Source: a virus
Taxonomy: Duplodnaviria > Caudoviricetes
Length of the DNA stretch: 51,096 nucleotides
Direction: 5' to 3' (one strand)
Virus record (IMG/VR): IMGVR_UViG_3300035148_000158
Coordinates: 1-51,096 of that record
The notes below the pieces were generated by a model. The model had not been told where the DNA came from, did no database searches, and saw only the letters and a program-made list of their open reading frames with translations. The position numbers and the translations under genes were made by a program. Below are positions 37,259 through 45,309 of this stretch, piece after piece. Positions within the stretch are counted from its first letter, which is position 1, and each line of letters begins with the position of its first letter.

Positions 37259-38284
37259 TCAGTTGAGCTTGGTGATCTTCCAGTACTTCGAACCGGTCGG
37301 CTGGAGCGGGTCGGCCAGCACCGAGCCTTCCAGCGTGAACTGCTGGACACCGTCGGAGATGAGGTCGAGTTCCTTCAGCGGGTCGGTCGAGAACGAGAAC
37401 ACCTCGATGACCACCGGGTCGTTGTTCTCCGCCGTGTTCAGGCCTTCGAAGCGGAGGTACAGGGTCGGCGCACCTTCGGTCAGCGCATCCACGCGGAACT
37501 GGTCGGCGTAGTCGTACGTGGCCAGCAGTGCGATGGCAGCCGTCAGGTTCACAGCCTTGCCCGAGCCGAGGGTGATCGTCTTGGTCGCCGTGTTGATGTT
37601 GACCGCGAACGACACCCCGGCAACCACCGTCGTCACCGTGCCGGTCTTGCCGTTGATGTCGGCCGCATCCGCACCCGTGAAGCCACGGAAGAGGATTTGG
37701 TCGCCCAGAGCCACGGTGTGGCCAGCGGCAGCGAACGAGGTGGTGGCACCCACGGTGATGCCCGTGATGGCCACGCCCAGCGACAGACCGGCATGGGCGA
37801 GCACCGAGCCGTCGTTCAGTTCGAACGAACCGGCGTCGAGGTTCACCTTGTAGTCGTACGGGGTGCTGTCGTTGGTGTAGGCCGTGAGAGCCGTCGCACC
37901 TTGCTCCAGCACGAAGTTCGACACCTTGATGTGGTCGAGCGGGCTGACGGCACCAGCGAAGCCGTTGACCGCATCGTCCGTCATCGTGGTACCGGGCATC
38001 TCCACGTACGAGCCACGAAGGGCCGAGGCGAGGTTGCGGGCGATGTAGTTCTCCATGACCATGGAGAGGCTCGCCTTGATTTCCGTGGTGAGGCGGAGGT
38101 CGGTACCGCGAGCGCCGGTCTGCGACTCCTTGTGCTCCAGCACCGAGGTCGTCACGCCGATCTTCAGCGACGACACGTTGCCGACAGCACGGAGAGCCTT
38201 CGGCTTGCCCGTGGCGTCCCGCTCACCCATCAGGACCACACCCTGACCGGAGAAGTAGTGATTCGTTGCGTCCCAAGTTGCCAT
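37259..38284 (-). CDS. Major tail (tube) protein with an inserted beta domain
   Basis: YFSGQG.V..., HKESQTG.R..D, LRFEGLNTAEN, LEGSVLAD. Confidence 0.85.
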   Translation of the reverse strand: MATWDATNHYFSGQGVVLMGERDATGKPKALRAVGNVSSLKIGVTTSVLEHKESQTGARGTDLRLTTEIKASLSMVMENYIARNLASALRGSYVEMPGTTMTDDAVNGFAGAVSPLDHIKVSNFVLEQGATALTAYTNDSTPYDYKVNLDAGSFELNDGSVLAHAGLSLGVAITGITVGATTSFAAAGHTVALGDQILFRGFTGADAADINGKTGTVTTVVAGVSFAVNINTATKTITLGSGKAVNLTAAIALLATYDYADQFRVDALTEGAPTLYLRFEGLNTAENNDPVVIEVFSFSTDPLKELDLISDGVQQFTLEGSVLADPLQPTGSKYWKITKLN

Positions 38285-38316
38285 GTTCAGTCTCCCGTCT
38301 TCTTCAGGTCAGGGGG

Positions 38317-38961
38317 TTAGCGCTTGTTGAACCAGACCACCATCACCTGCTTGGCGGAGAGGTTGTCGGTCGACTTGAAGCCGCCGGTCGCCGTGCCGCC
38401 CGCGAGGGTCGCACCCGAAACCGCGATGTTCGTGCCCGTCTCGGCCAGCGTGATGGCGTTGCCCGCCGTGCCTTCGACCACTGCCGTGACCGTGACCACA
38501 CCCGCGTTGCTGGTGGCGACCACTTGGCGACCGCCGAAGCGGGCACCTTCGTAGGCGTTGATCGCGTTCTTCAGGTTGGTGGCGGCAGCGGTGATCGACG
38601 CGCCGAGAGCGACGTCGGTGTACGGAGCACCCGGGGTCGTCTTGTGGGTGTAGACCACCCCGTTGACCGTGACCGTCTCGCCGTTGGACGGGGCCGCGAC
38701 CGAGTAGGTGACCGTGCCCGAGGCCTTCACCGACTGGATCGTGATGTTGGCGAGCGTGAGTTCCGTGTTGTCGGTCAGGTTGACCGCACCGACGATGGTG
38801 TCCTCGTCGCGCATGGCGGCGATGTCCATCTTCGTACCTGCGGTAGCACCAGCGACGACGTTGACCTTGAGACCTTGCAGCTCCGTGAAGAGGCTCTTCA
38901 GGTCGTCCGCGACCTTCGCACCACCACGGCCGAGCTGGCTGTTGATTGCATGGAATGCCAT
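38317..38961 (-). CDS. Virion structural/decoration protein
   Basis: Thr/Ala/Gly-rich beta protein; strong AGGAG RBS. Confidence 0.65.
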   Translation of the reverse strand: MAFHAINSQLGRGGAKVADDLKSLFTELQGLKVNVVAGATAGTKMDIAAMRDEDTIVGAVNLTDNTELTLANITIQSVKASGTVTYSVAAPSNGETVTVNGVVYTHKTTPGAPYTDVALGASITAAATNLKNAINAYEGARFGGRQVVATSNAGVVTVTAVVEGTAGNAITLAETGTNIAVSGATLAGGTATGGFKSTDNLSAKQVMVVWFNKR

Positions 38962-39009
38962 GGCATTTCTCCTGTCTGTTTATCCGAACCAATGACTACT
39001 GGCCACCGA

Positions 39010-39040
39010 AGTGTAGGTTTTTCGCCACTTCCGAACAAAC
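39010..39040 (-). promoter_or_regulatory. Putative late promoter
   Basis: TTTGTTCGGAAGTGG-N9-TACACT, shared with 43720 and 44385. Confidence 0.65.
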
Positions 39041-39044
39041 AGCT

Positions 39045-39062
39045 TGTGCACTCAAGTGCACT
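39045..39062. repeat. Dispersed palindrome copy 10, overlapping a stop codon next to the late promoter
   Basis: TGTGCACTCAAGTGCACT. Confidence 0.95.
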
Positions 39063-39513
39063 ACGGAGTGAGGATGGCGGGGCAGGTCCAGCGCTGGAGC
39101 CACATCACGTTGCCGTCTTTCAGCACCGCCGGGGCCTCCACCAGAAAGCGCCAGAAATGGCCGCTGGGGGACCGCCGGTCCTTCAGGGTGTCCCGAACCG
39201 CATCCAGCAGTCGGGTGGCATTCAGGAAGTTGCTGGGGTCCCCGGTGGGGCTGTCCCGGAACAGGGCTACCACGGCCACCAGCAGTTCAGCATCAGCACC
39301 CACCCGGTGGCTGTCCCGGGGAGTCCGCTCGACAGATCGAATGCCCTCGTAGACCACCCCCACGGCCGGGAACACCAGAGCCACGGAGTCGTCCGTCAGA
39401 TCGTCTGCGTTGTACAGGGTGAACAGGGTCTTCCCAGCGAGCTGGGAAATGGGAGTGATGGCCGCCTTGATGTCGTCCACGCACTTCTCTGCGAGATGAG
39501 CTACTCCGGGCAT
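39061..39513 (-). CDS. Tail terminator-like protein
   Basis: Position in the neck module; PAVGVVYEG. Confidence 0.6.
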   Translation of the reverse strand: MPGVAHLAEKCVDDIKAAITPISQLAGKTLFTLYNADDLTDDSVALVFPAVGVVYEGIRSVERTPRDSHRVGADAELLVAVVALFRDSPTGDPSNFLNATRLLDAVRDTLKDRRSPSGHFWRFLVEAPAVLKDGNVMWLQRWTCPAILTP

Positions 39514-39977
39514 CAGACTTCTCCGAGGTTGAGCCGCTTGGCGAACAACTTCTGCATCATCGAGACGTCGTCTGCACTGGCACCGATGAACGTGCGGGGC
39601 GGCTGAAGGGGGAGCTTCGGGTTGTCGTACGCATGCCAGCCCCCCTCCTGAATCTTCTTGGCATAGGGCACTCCGGCACCGATGGTCCGCTCACCCGGGG
39701 TAGAAGAGTGGAGCTGAATCGACCGCCACAGGTCGCCCGAGTCGAACAGGGTTCCCGTGCCTCCTTTGGCCCGACGGGCGAGGCCCGCCGCTGAGGGCAC
39801 CCATGGGTTGCTGTCGACGTCGATTTCCTTGAGGAAGCGCTCCCGAATCCGATTCAGGATGATGGCTGCCCCCTCATCGAGGACGGCTTCCACCTTTTGC
39901 TGGGTCGCCTTCTCCATCACGGAGATGGCTTGGAGCATCTCCGGGAACCCCCTGACTTCGAATTCCAGCCGCACCAT
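39513..39977 (-). CDS. Virion morphogenesis / tail completion protein (Mu gpG-like)
   Basis: ERFLKE.D....W.P...TLFDSGDLWRSI...YA..IQEGG...PPRTFIG. Confidence 0.8.
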   Translation of the reverse strand: MVRLEFEVRGFPEMLQAISVMEKATQQKVEAVLDEGAAIILNRIRERFLKEIDVDSNPWVPSAAGLARRAKGGTGTLFDSGDLWRSIQLHSSTPGERTIGAGVPYAKKIQEGGWHAYDNPKLPLQPPRTFIGASADDVSMMQKLFAKRLNLGEV

Positions 39978-39982
39978 GGTGC

Positions 39983-40702
39983 CTACTCCAGATGGAGGTA
40001 CGGGGAGAGTACGAAGGCCCTCTTGCGCAGATAGGGGGAGAGCACCCGGAAGGCATGCTCTCCAGCCTTGAGTGCGATGGGTTGGGCTTCACCCGCCCGC
40101 TTCGTGGTGGGGCCGATGTTGAACAGGATCGGAGCAATCGACACGATGGCCTCCTTGAGGTAGGCCGGGATGGTGTCGTAGTCCGGAAGGGTGGCCGGGA
40201 CCGTGTACGGGGGGTCTCCCGGCTGGGGGTCGGCCGGAGGGTTGTAGGCCGGGTTGGGGACGGTGTGCGACCGCTGCCATCCCGCCTTGTAGGTGACCCG
40301 AATCCTCATGCTGCCGTAGAGGGGATCGACCATTACCACACCCTGCTGCTCCAGAATCTGGTAGGCCGTGGCAGGCACCGCAGACCACGTACCGGCGGAG
40401 GGGATCACCGTCTCCGCATCCGAGGACTCCACCACCGGGGTGTACTCGTCGGTGCGGACGAATCCGCGAGTCAGGAAGAGCCTGAACACTCCCCCATGGA
40501 GGACACCGTTGTTGGCATCCTCGTCCAAGAGGAAGTAGTCCGTGACTGCCGTCTCCGTGAACTGGAGCCGGGTGTTGAGCATGTTCTCGACCTCGTGCTG
40601 GGCACCGAGGATTGCGGACTCGTAGACCGGAGACGTCTGGAGAGTCACCGGGTCGAGAGCCATGCGGGCCGCCAATTCAGCGGCAGTCACGTACAGGTCC
40701 AT
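39983..40702 (-). CDS. Head-tail adaptor protein
   Basis: YVTAAEL, IRVTYKAGW, IPAYLKEAI, VLSPYLR. Confidence 0.7.
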   Translation of the reverse strand: MDLYVTAAELAARMALDPVTLQTSPVYESAILGAQHEVENMLNTRLQFTETAVTDYFLLDEDANNGVLHGGVFRLFLTRGFVRTDEYTPVVESSDAETVIPSAGTWSAVPATAYQILEQQGVVMVDPLYGSMRIRVTYKAGWQRSHTVPNPAYNPPADPQPGDPPYTVPATLPDYDTIPAYLKEAIVSIAPILFNIGPTTKRAGEAQPIALKAGEHAFRVLSPYLRKRAFVLSPYLHLE

Positions 40703-40704
40703 GG

Positions 40705-41115
40705 CTACACCTTCACGCCACCGTTGAGGTCGGAAAGCGACATGTCTCCGCCGCCTTCATCGAGGTTGATGCCCGCCTCTGCCAGCTCCTCCGGGGTGAA
40801 GTCGACCTCGACCTTGTTCTGGCCTTGGGTGACTCGCACCTTCGGGGCACCGGTGGTCATGTCGACCACCACGGGGCCTTGCTGATCCAGCCGCTTGGCG
40901 ACCGGCTTGGGCTTCCACCGACGAAAGACCGGCAACCCCCTGTCGTCTTGCAGGCGCAGCATCGTCTCGGCCTGCTCCGGGGTGAATTCGTAGGCCCGTC
41001 CCTTCTCGTACAGGACTCCGTGGACCACGTACCGGCTGATCACCGTCAGTTCCAGCAGGACCTTCTCCATTGCGGGGGCCTGCGGACTGTCCTTCTTCGT
41101 CACTTGAACACCCAT
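40705..41115 (-). CDS. Hypothetical protein
   Basis: AAGGAG RBS; lies in the head-neck region. Confidence 0.65.
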   Translation of the reverse strand: MGVQVTKKDSPQAPAMEKVLLELTVISRYVVHGVLYEKGRAYEFTPEQAETMLRLQDDRGLPVFRRWKPKPVAKRLDQQGPVVVDMTTGAPKVRVTQGQNKVEVDFTPEELAEAGINLDEGGGDMSLSDLNGGVKV

Positions 41116-41181
41116 GTTGCTCACTCCTTGTGGCGGGATTATCCCCGCAGAATTGTCACCACTTGTACAGCAGAATGCAAC

Positions 41182-41424
41182 CTACTCGTCCAATTCGACC
41201 AGAGAGTCGGCTTTTTGGCCCGGAAGCATCTCTTCTCGCCGGATCAGCCGGAGGTTGATGTTCCCCAGATTGAAGAGCTGGGTGAGGATGGCAAGGAGCA
41301 TGGCCCAGATGGCCCACCACCCCTCCCCCTCGATCATCTTCCAGAGGGAAATGAAGACGATCACCGCCGGGGCGATCAACGAGATTCGAAGCATCCAGAG
41401 TTCCGCTTGCCGAAAGCGTCCCAT
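41182..41424 (-). CDS. Small two-TM membrane protein
   Basis: MGRFRQAELW... with GAGGA RBS; two hydrophobic segments. Confidence 0.55.
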   Translation of the reverse strand: MGRFRQAELWMLRISLIAPAVIVFISLWKMIEGEGWWAIWAMLLAILTQLFNLGNINLRLIRREEMLPGQKADSLVELDE

Positions 41425-41438
41425 GAGTCCTCTCCACG

Positions 41439-41467
41439 AAAAAGAAGGCCCCCGGGTAGGGGGCCTC
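41439..41467 (-). terminator. Intrinsic terminator after the major capsid gene
   Basis: AGGCCCCC/GGGGGCCT stem then TCTTTTT. Confidence 0.8.
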
Positions 41468-41490
41468 CTCACCTACTTCCCGGCCGGGGG

Positions 41491-42438
41491 TTAGGCCGCG
41501 AGGTTGATGTACTTCACGGCAGCGTCTTCCTGCTCGACTTGGAAGTCGACGCGGGCCGTCACGACGATGATGAAGGTGCGGGTCGTGATGTCCTTGTCGT
41601 ATTCCATCAGGATGTTGCGCCAGATGCCGAAGATGCAGTTCATCGGGTTCGTGAAGAAGCCCGAGGTGGCAGGCATCAGCGAGGCACCCTTGACTTCCGA
41701 GCCGTGCACGTAGAGCGCTTGCACTTGCTGGAGGTTGGTGTCACCGAACGAGCCGATCCGGTTGCTGAACTGGTCGCGCAGCTCCGTCTCGTTGTTGACC
41801 GAGACGAAGTGCTTCATCGAGGCACGGTCCCGCAGGTACTTCGCGGGCATGGCCTTGAGGGCCGACTTGATCGTGTCCTTGGTGAAGGTGGCCGAGGAGG
41901 CGTCCACGACGTTCGTGGTGAACCGCTTCAGGAAGCCGTCGGTCACCGCGAGGTACGAGTCGCCCGAGCCGGTGTCGCCTTGCAGCGCCAGCTCTTCCAG
42001 ATCGACCGCGACACGTTCCGCGATCATGTCGACCAGCGTGTTGTGCAGGCCACCCGGCGAGGACTGGAGCGCAACATTCGGGTTGCCGCCCTCGATGTTG
42101 TCTTCCAGAACGTCGTACGGGATGCGCACTTCCGCGATCAGCTCTTGGGCGTTCAGCGAGACGCTGCCGAACGTCGGCTTGCTGCGGTTGCCTTGCGCCA
42201 GAGCCGAACCGACGGGGGCGTCGGCGGCGGCCGAGTGCAGGATGCGGCTGCCGAGGCCGATCTTGTTCAGCTTCATCTGCGGGGCACGCATGGCGACCGT
42301 CCGGACGTTCTGGAGGATCGTCGGCGCATCGATGAGCTGACGGATGAAGCGGTCCGTCTGGTCCGGGTTGAGCTTGCCAGCCGACGAGATGTCCGCGAGG
42401 GCAAGGTCGGCCTTCTGAATCAGTTGCTTGTTGTCCAT
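41491..42438 (-). CDS. Major capsid protein (HK97 fold)
   Basis: GKLNPDQTDRFI, YDVLEDNIEG, DLEELALQGDT, DGFLK; strongly biased codons; downstream terminator. Confidence 0.9.
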   Translation of the reverse strand: MDNKQLIQKADLALADISSAGKLNPDQTDRFIRQLIDAPTILQNVRTVAMRAPQMKLNKIGLGSRILHSAAADAPVGSALAQGNRSKPTFGSVSLNAQELIAEVRIPYDVLEDNIEGGNPNVALQSSPGGLHNTLVDMIAERVAVDLEELALQGDTGSGDSYLAVTDGFLKRFTTNVVDASSATFTKDTIKSALKAMPAKYLRDRASMKHFVSVNNETELRDQFSNRIGSFGDTNLQQVQALYVHGSEVKGASLMPATSGFFTNPMNCIFGIWRNILMEYDKDITTRTFIIVVTARVDFQVEQEDAAVKYINLAA

Positions 42439-42475
42439 CGTGATTCTCCTGTCTGAGTGTGAAACCGACTTTGCC

Positions 42476-43693
42476 TTACTTGTGCCTGATGAAGGCCGTG
42501 TCGAAACAGCCGGAACGGGGATCGCTCGACTTCTGGACGGTCACCGAACCACCTGCCGGTGCATCACCACCCCGGGGGGCGGCAACCACCGTGCTCTTGA
42601 CGGCCTTCTCGATTCCTTCGGACTTCTGCGAGAGGGCTGCCACCTGCGCACCCTGCTCCTTCTGCGCCTTGACGACGCTCTGGAGCTGGGCACCGAACTC
42701 GTTCAGCTTCTGGGCGAGGGGTTCGACCGCCGCCTTCATGGCAGCGACCATGGCCTTCTCCTTCTCTTCCTCGTCCTCTTCTTCCACCGGAGCCGCTGCC
42801 GCCGGAGCCGCCGCAACCGCTGCCGCACCGTCGTTGCACTTCTCGGCCTTCTGGGCACCTTGGCTCGACCAGTTGAGGATGGCGAGCTTCTGCTCTGCCG
42901 TCATGGTCTCCCAGACGCCCTTGTCGAAACCGGCGGGGCCGTCCTTCGGAACGCTGTCCGAGGCACCCGCGTTGCCCGAGTCGGTGGCGAGGGGTTCCGG
43001 GCTGCCTTGGACTTGGGCCGCGCCACCCGCCGTCGGGGCCGGGGTCTTCTCGCCGTCGGTCATCGAGCCGGTGGTCAGCACCTTCGGGTCGTTCAGGGTG
43101 CCGCCTTGCGAGACCCGCTCCGCCTTGGCAACGGCTTCGGCCGCCGCTTGGGCTTCTTGCGGGATGGTGTCCGTCAGGACGCGGGCGTAGTCGATCACCT
43201 CTTGGGCGTCCGAGTACTCCGACTTCTTGGCCAGCTTCGCCGCCATCTCTTGGGCCGCCGCAGGACCGTGCAGGAAGCCATCGGCCTTCAGGGCCGGGTG
43301 GACGTCCAGCTCCGGCATGTTGCGCACGAGGGCGACCACGTGGTCGTTCATGCGGATGACCGTGGAGCCGTCTTCCGGGTCCGACTTCTGGACGATCAGG
43401 GCCGAGCCGTCCGGGTTGTCCACGATGTTGTCGACCGACAGCCCCGCCTCTTGGATGGCGGCCTTGACGGCTTCGAACTTGTCGGTCTTCTCGACAACGA
43501 GAGCCGTGACTTCCGGCACGCGAGCATCCGCTTCACGCTTCAGGACGCGGCTGATACTGGTCAGATCGAGCATGTGATTCTCCTTGTCCCGCTTCATGAT
43601 GCGAATGGGAATGCGATTGGCACTGCGGGTCACGAGGGATACGAAGTGCGCATCTGCGTCCTTCATTTCCCGAAGTTTTTTGGTGATTTTCAC
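42476..43693 (-). CDS. Capsid scaffold protein with an N-terminal protease-like segment
   Basis: Ala/Glu/Lys-rich with C-terminal coiled coil, upstream of the capsid gene; N-terminal FVSLVTRSAN; internal RBS and ATG at 43573. Confidence 0.7.
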   Translation of the reverse strand: MKITKKLREMKDADAHFVSLVTRSANRIPIRIMKRDKENHMLDLTSISRVLKREADARVPEVTALVVEKTDKFEAVKAAIQEAGLSVDNIVDNPDGSALIVQKSDPEDGSTVIRMNDHVVALVRNMPELDVHPALKADGFLHGPAAAQEMAAKLAKKSEYSDAQEVIDYARVLTDTIPQEAQAAAEAVAKAERVSQGGTLNDPKVLTTGSMTDGEKTPAPTAGGAAQVQGSPEPLATDSGNAGASDSVPKDGPAGFDKGVWETMTAEQKLAILNWSSQGAQKAEKCNDGAAAVAAAPAAAAPVEEEDEEEKEKAMVAAMKAAVEPLAQKLNEFGAQLQSVVKAQKEQGAQVAALSQKSEGIEKAVKSTVVAAPRGGDAPAGGSVTVQKSSDPRSGCFDTAFIRHK

Positions 43694-43719
43694 AGTGTCG
43701 TATTCAGTCGTTCGCGGGA

Positions 43720-43751
43720 AGTGTAGCGGGAGTGCCCACTTCCTAACAAAA
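43720..43751 (-). promoter_or_regulatory. Putative late promoter
   Basis: TTTGTTAGGAAGTGG-N10-TACACT. Confidence 0.65.
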
Positions 43752-44351
43752 TCAGTCGATGATTTCCAAGGAATCGACGCTGGAGAAGCGGTGGCGATGA
43801 CCGTCCATCTCCTCCGTTACCGTCCCACCCTTGATCGTGTGCCTATGCCCGTTGACCGTGTCGGTCACGCCCCCGAGGAAGTCTCCCTCCGGGGAGTAGT
43901 TCACGAAGAACTGGTGCTCGTGGTTCTCGGACTTGGTGGTGCGGCCGGAGATGACAGGGGGGAGCTGGAGAGTCACTTCCTTCTCCTCGCGTCCCACCAG
44001 AGCTTCCACGGACAGGCCGTTCAGCTCGCCTTTCTTGATCCGGTTCCACGTGTCGGTGTGGTCGACATGGATGCCCAGCACCCAAGACCCGGGGATGAAG
44101 TCCGGGTCACCCTTGCGGGCGATGAAGGACTCCACCGCTTGGACTCCATCGATGGTCTTGTTGTCGTGCTGGACGTCGATCTGCTTGAGGCGGCCCTTCT
44201 TGACGAAGTCGTGAGCCATCTTCTCGATGGTCTCGGCCGTCATGAACTCCCCGTCGGAGTCTGGGCGATTCGGCGCGTACACCTCCGCGTAGACCATCCG
44301 CTTCTCGGCGGGAACGGACTTGCGGACGATGAGCTTGACTTCACGGGTCAT
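43752..44351 (-). CDS. XkdF-like prohead protease
   Basis: RMVYAEVYAPN..DSDGEFM...IDVQH...VESF...GSWVLG...IKKGELNGLS; C-terminal HxH repeats. Confidence 0.85.
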   Translation of the reverse strand: MTREVKLIVRKSVPAEKRMVYAEVYAPNRPDSDGEFMTAETIEKMAHDFVKKGRLKQIDVQHDNKTIDGVQAVESFIARKGDPDFIPGSWVLGIHVDHTDTWNRIKKGELNGLSVEALVGREEKEVTLQLPPVISGRTTKSENHEHQFFVNYSPEGDFLGGVTDTVNGHRHTIKGGTVTEEMDGHRHRFSSVDSLEIID

Positions 44352-44365
44352 GGAGGGCGGCAGCT

Positions 44366-44383
44366 TGTGCACTTGAGTGCACA
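44366..44383. repeat. Dispersed palindrome copy 11, directly downstream of a -10 box
   Basis: TGTGCACTTGAGTGCACA. Confidence 0.95.
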
Positions 44384-44384
44384 G

Positions 44385-44415
44385 AGTCTACTCAGCCCCC
44401 CACTACCGAACAAAC
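44385..44415 (-). promoter_or_regulatory. Putative late promoter
   Basis: TTTGTTCGGTAGTGG-N9-TAGACT. Confidence 0.6.
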
Positions 44416-44441
44416 AAAAAAGGGACCCTAAGGTCCCCTTT
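44416..44441 (-). terminator. Intrinsic terminator after the deacetylase gene
   Basis: GGGACC/GGTCCC stem with T6 on the minus strand. Confidence 0.75.
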
Positions 44442-44457
44442 CTGTCCTCCTCCCGGC

Positions 44458-45309
44458 CTAGATGTAGGCTTGGAAGGCTTCCTCCAAGGTGGTGTCGTGG
44501 ATGTCCAGCACCTTCTCGATGGGGTCTTGGTACCCTCCGGCGAGGGTCCAGACCAGAGGAATCCCGTGGTTAGCACAGGATTCGAACACCATCCGGTCCC
44601 GCTGGGCAAGTTGCTCGCTCGTCAGGAACCCTCCCAGAGGATCAGCAATGTGGGCATCCGCCCCTGCTTGGTAGAGGATCAGGTCGACGTCCCGGTACTT
44701 GTGCAGGGTCTTCTTGAGGTCATTGAAGAAGTCGTTGGCCTGAGACGGTTCGAAGTACGCCTCCCCGGCAGACCAGTGGCGGACCAGAGCCACCATGTCG
44801 GACGGGTGCCGGTCAAGGATGTCCTGCGTCCCATTCCCCCAGTGGTAGTCGCAGTCCAGAATCAGCACCGAGTCCACTTGGTTGTGGTTGAGAAGGGTAG
44901 CAGCCGTGGCCATCAGGCCGTTGAAGGTGCAGTATCCCCCGCCGAAGTCCATTCCGGCGTGGTGAAATCCCGAGTAGGGAGCACAGGCCACCGGGAATTT
45001 CTCTTCCTGCTCCAGCGTCCACATGGCAGCCTCCAGTACCCCACCACAGGTGTACAGGCAGGAGACGGCGATTTCAGCACTGGGGAAGTCGAACCCGGTG
45101 TCGATGGTCCCGCGAAGGACCCCGTTCACGTAGCCGGGATCGTGGACCGTGATGAGGTCGGCCGGATCGAAAGCCTTGTGCTCGATCACCTCGATCCCGT
45201 TCTTGAACTTCTCCTTCCACCGGGCCACTACCTTTTCAGGCTTGGACGCCGAGGGGGAGAAGGACTTGGGATGAGAGACGGCCTTGGGGGTGTAGAACAC
45301 CGGCAGCAT
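44458..45309 (-). CDS. Zn-dependent histone deacetylase family (HDAC/AcuC-like) enzyme
   Basis: VHDPGYV, GFHHAG, GGYCTFN, LDCDYHWGNGTQDI, YQAGADAHIADPLGG, LAGGY; the catalytic motifs appear complete. Confidence 0.92.
   Translation of the reverse strand: MLPVFYTPKAVSHPKSFSPSASKPEKVVARWKEKFKNGIEVIEHKAFDPADLITVHDPGYVNGVLRGTIDTGFDFPSAEIAVSCLYTCGGVLEAAMWTLEQEEKFPVACAPYSGFHHAGMDFGGGYCTFNGLMATAATLLNHNQVDSVLILDCDYHWGNGTQDILDRHPSDMVALVRHWSAGEAYFEPSQANDFFNDLKKTLHKYRDVDLILYQAGADAHIADPLGGFLTSEQLAQRDRMVFESCANHGIPLVWTLAGGYQDPIEKVLDIHDTTLEEAFQAYI

Noticed and set aside
38317-38961. Contractile tail sheath
   Set aside because: Only 214 aa; it resembles a sheath-type accessory domain, but no full sheath or baseplate J gene is evident
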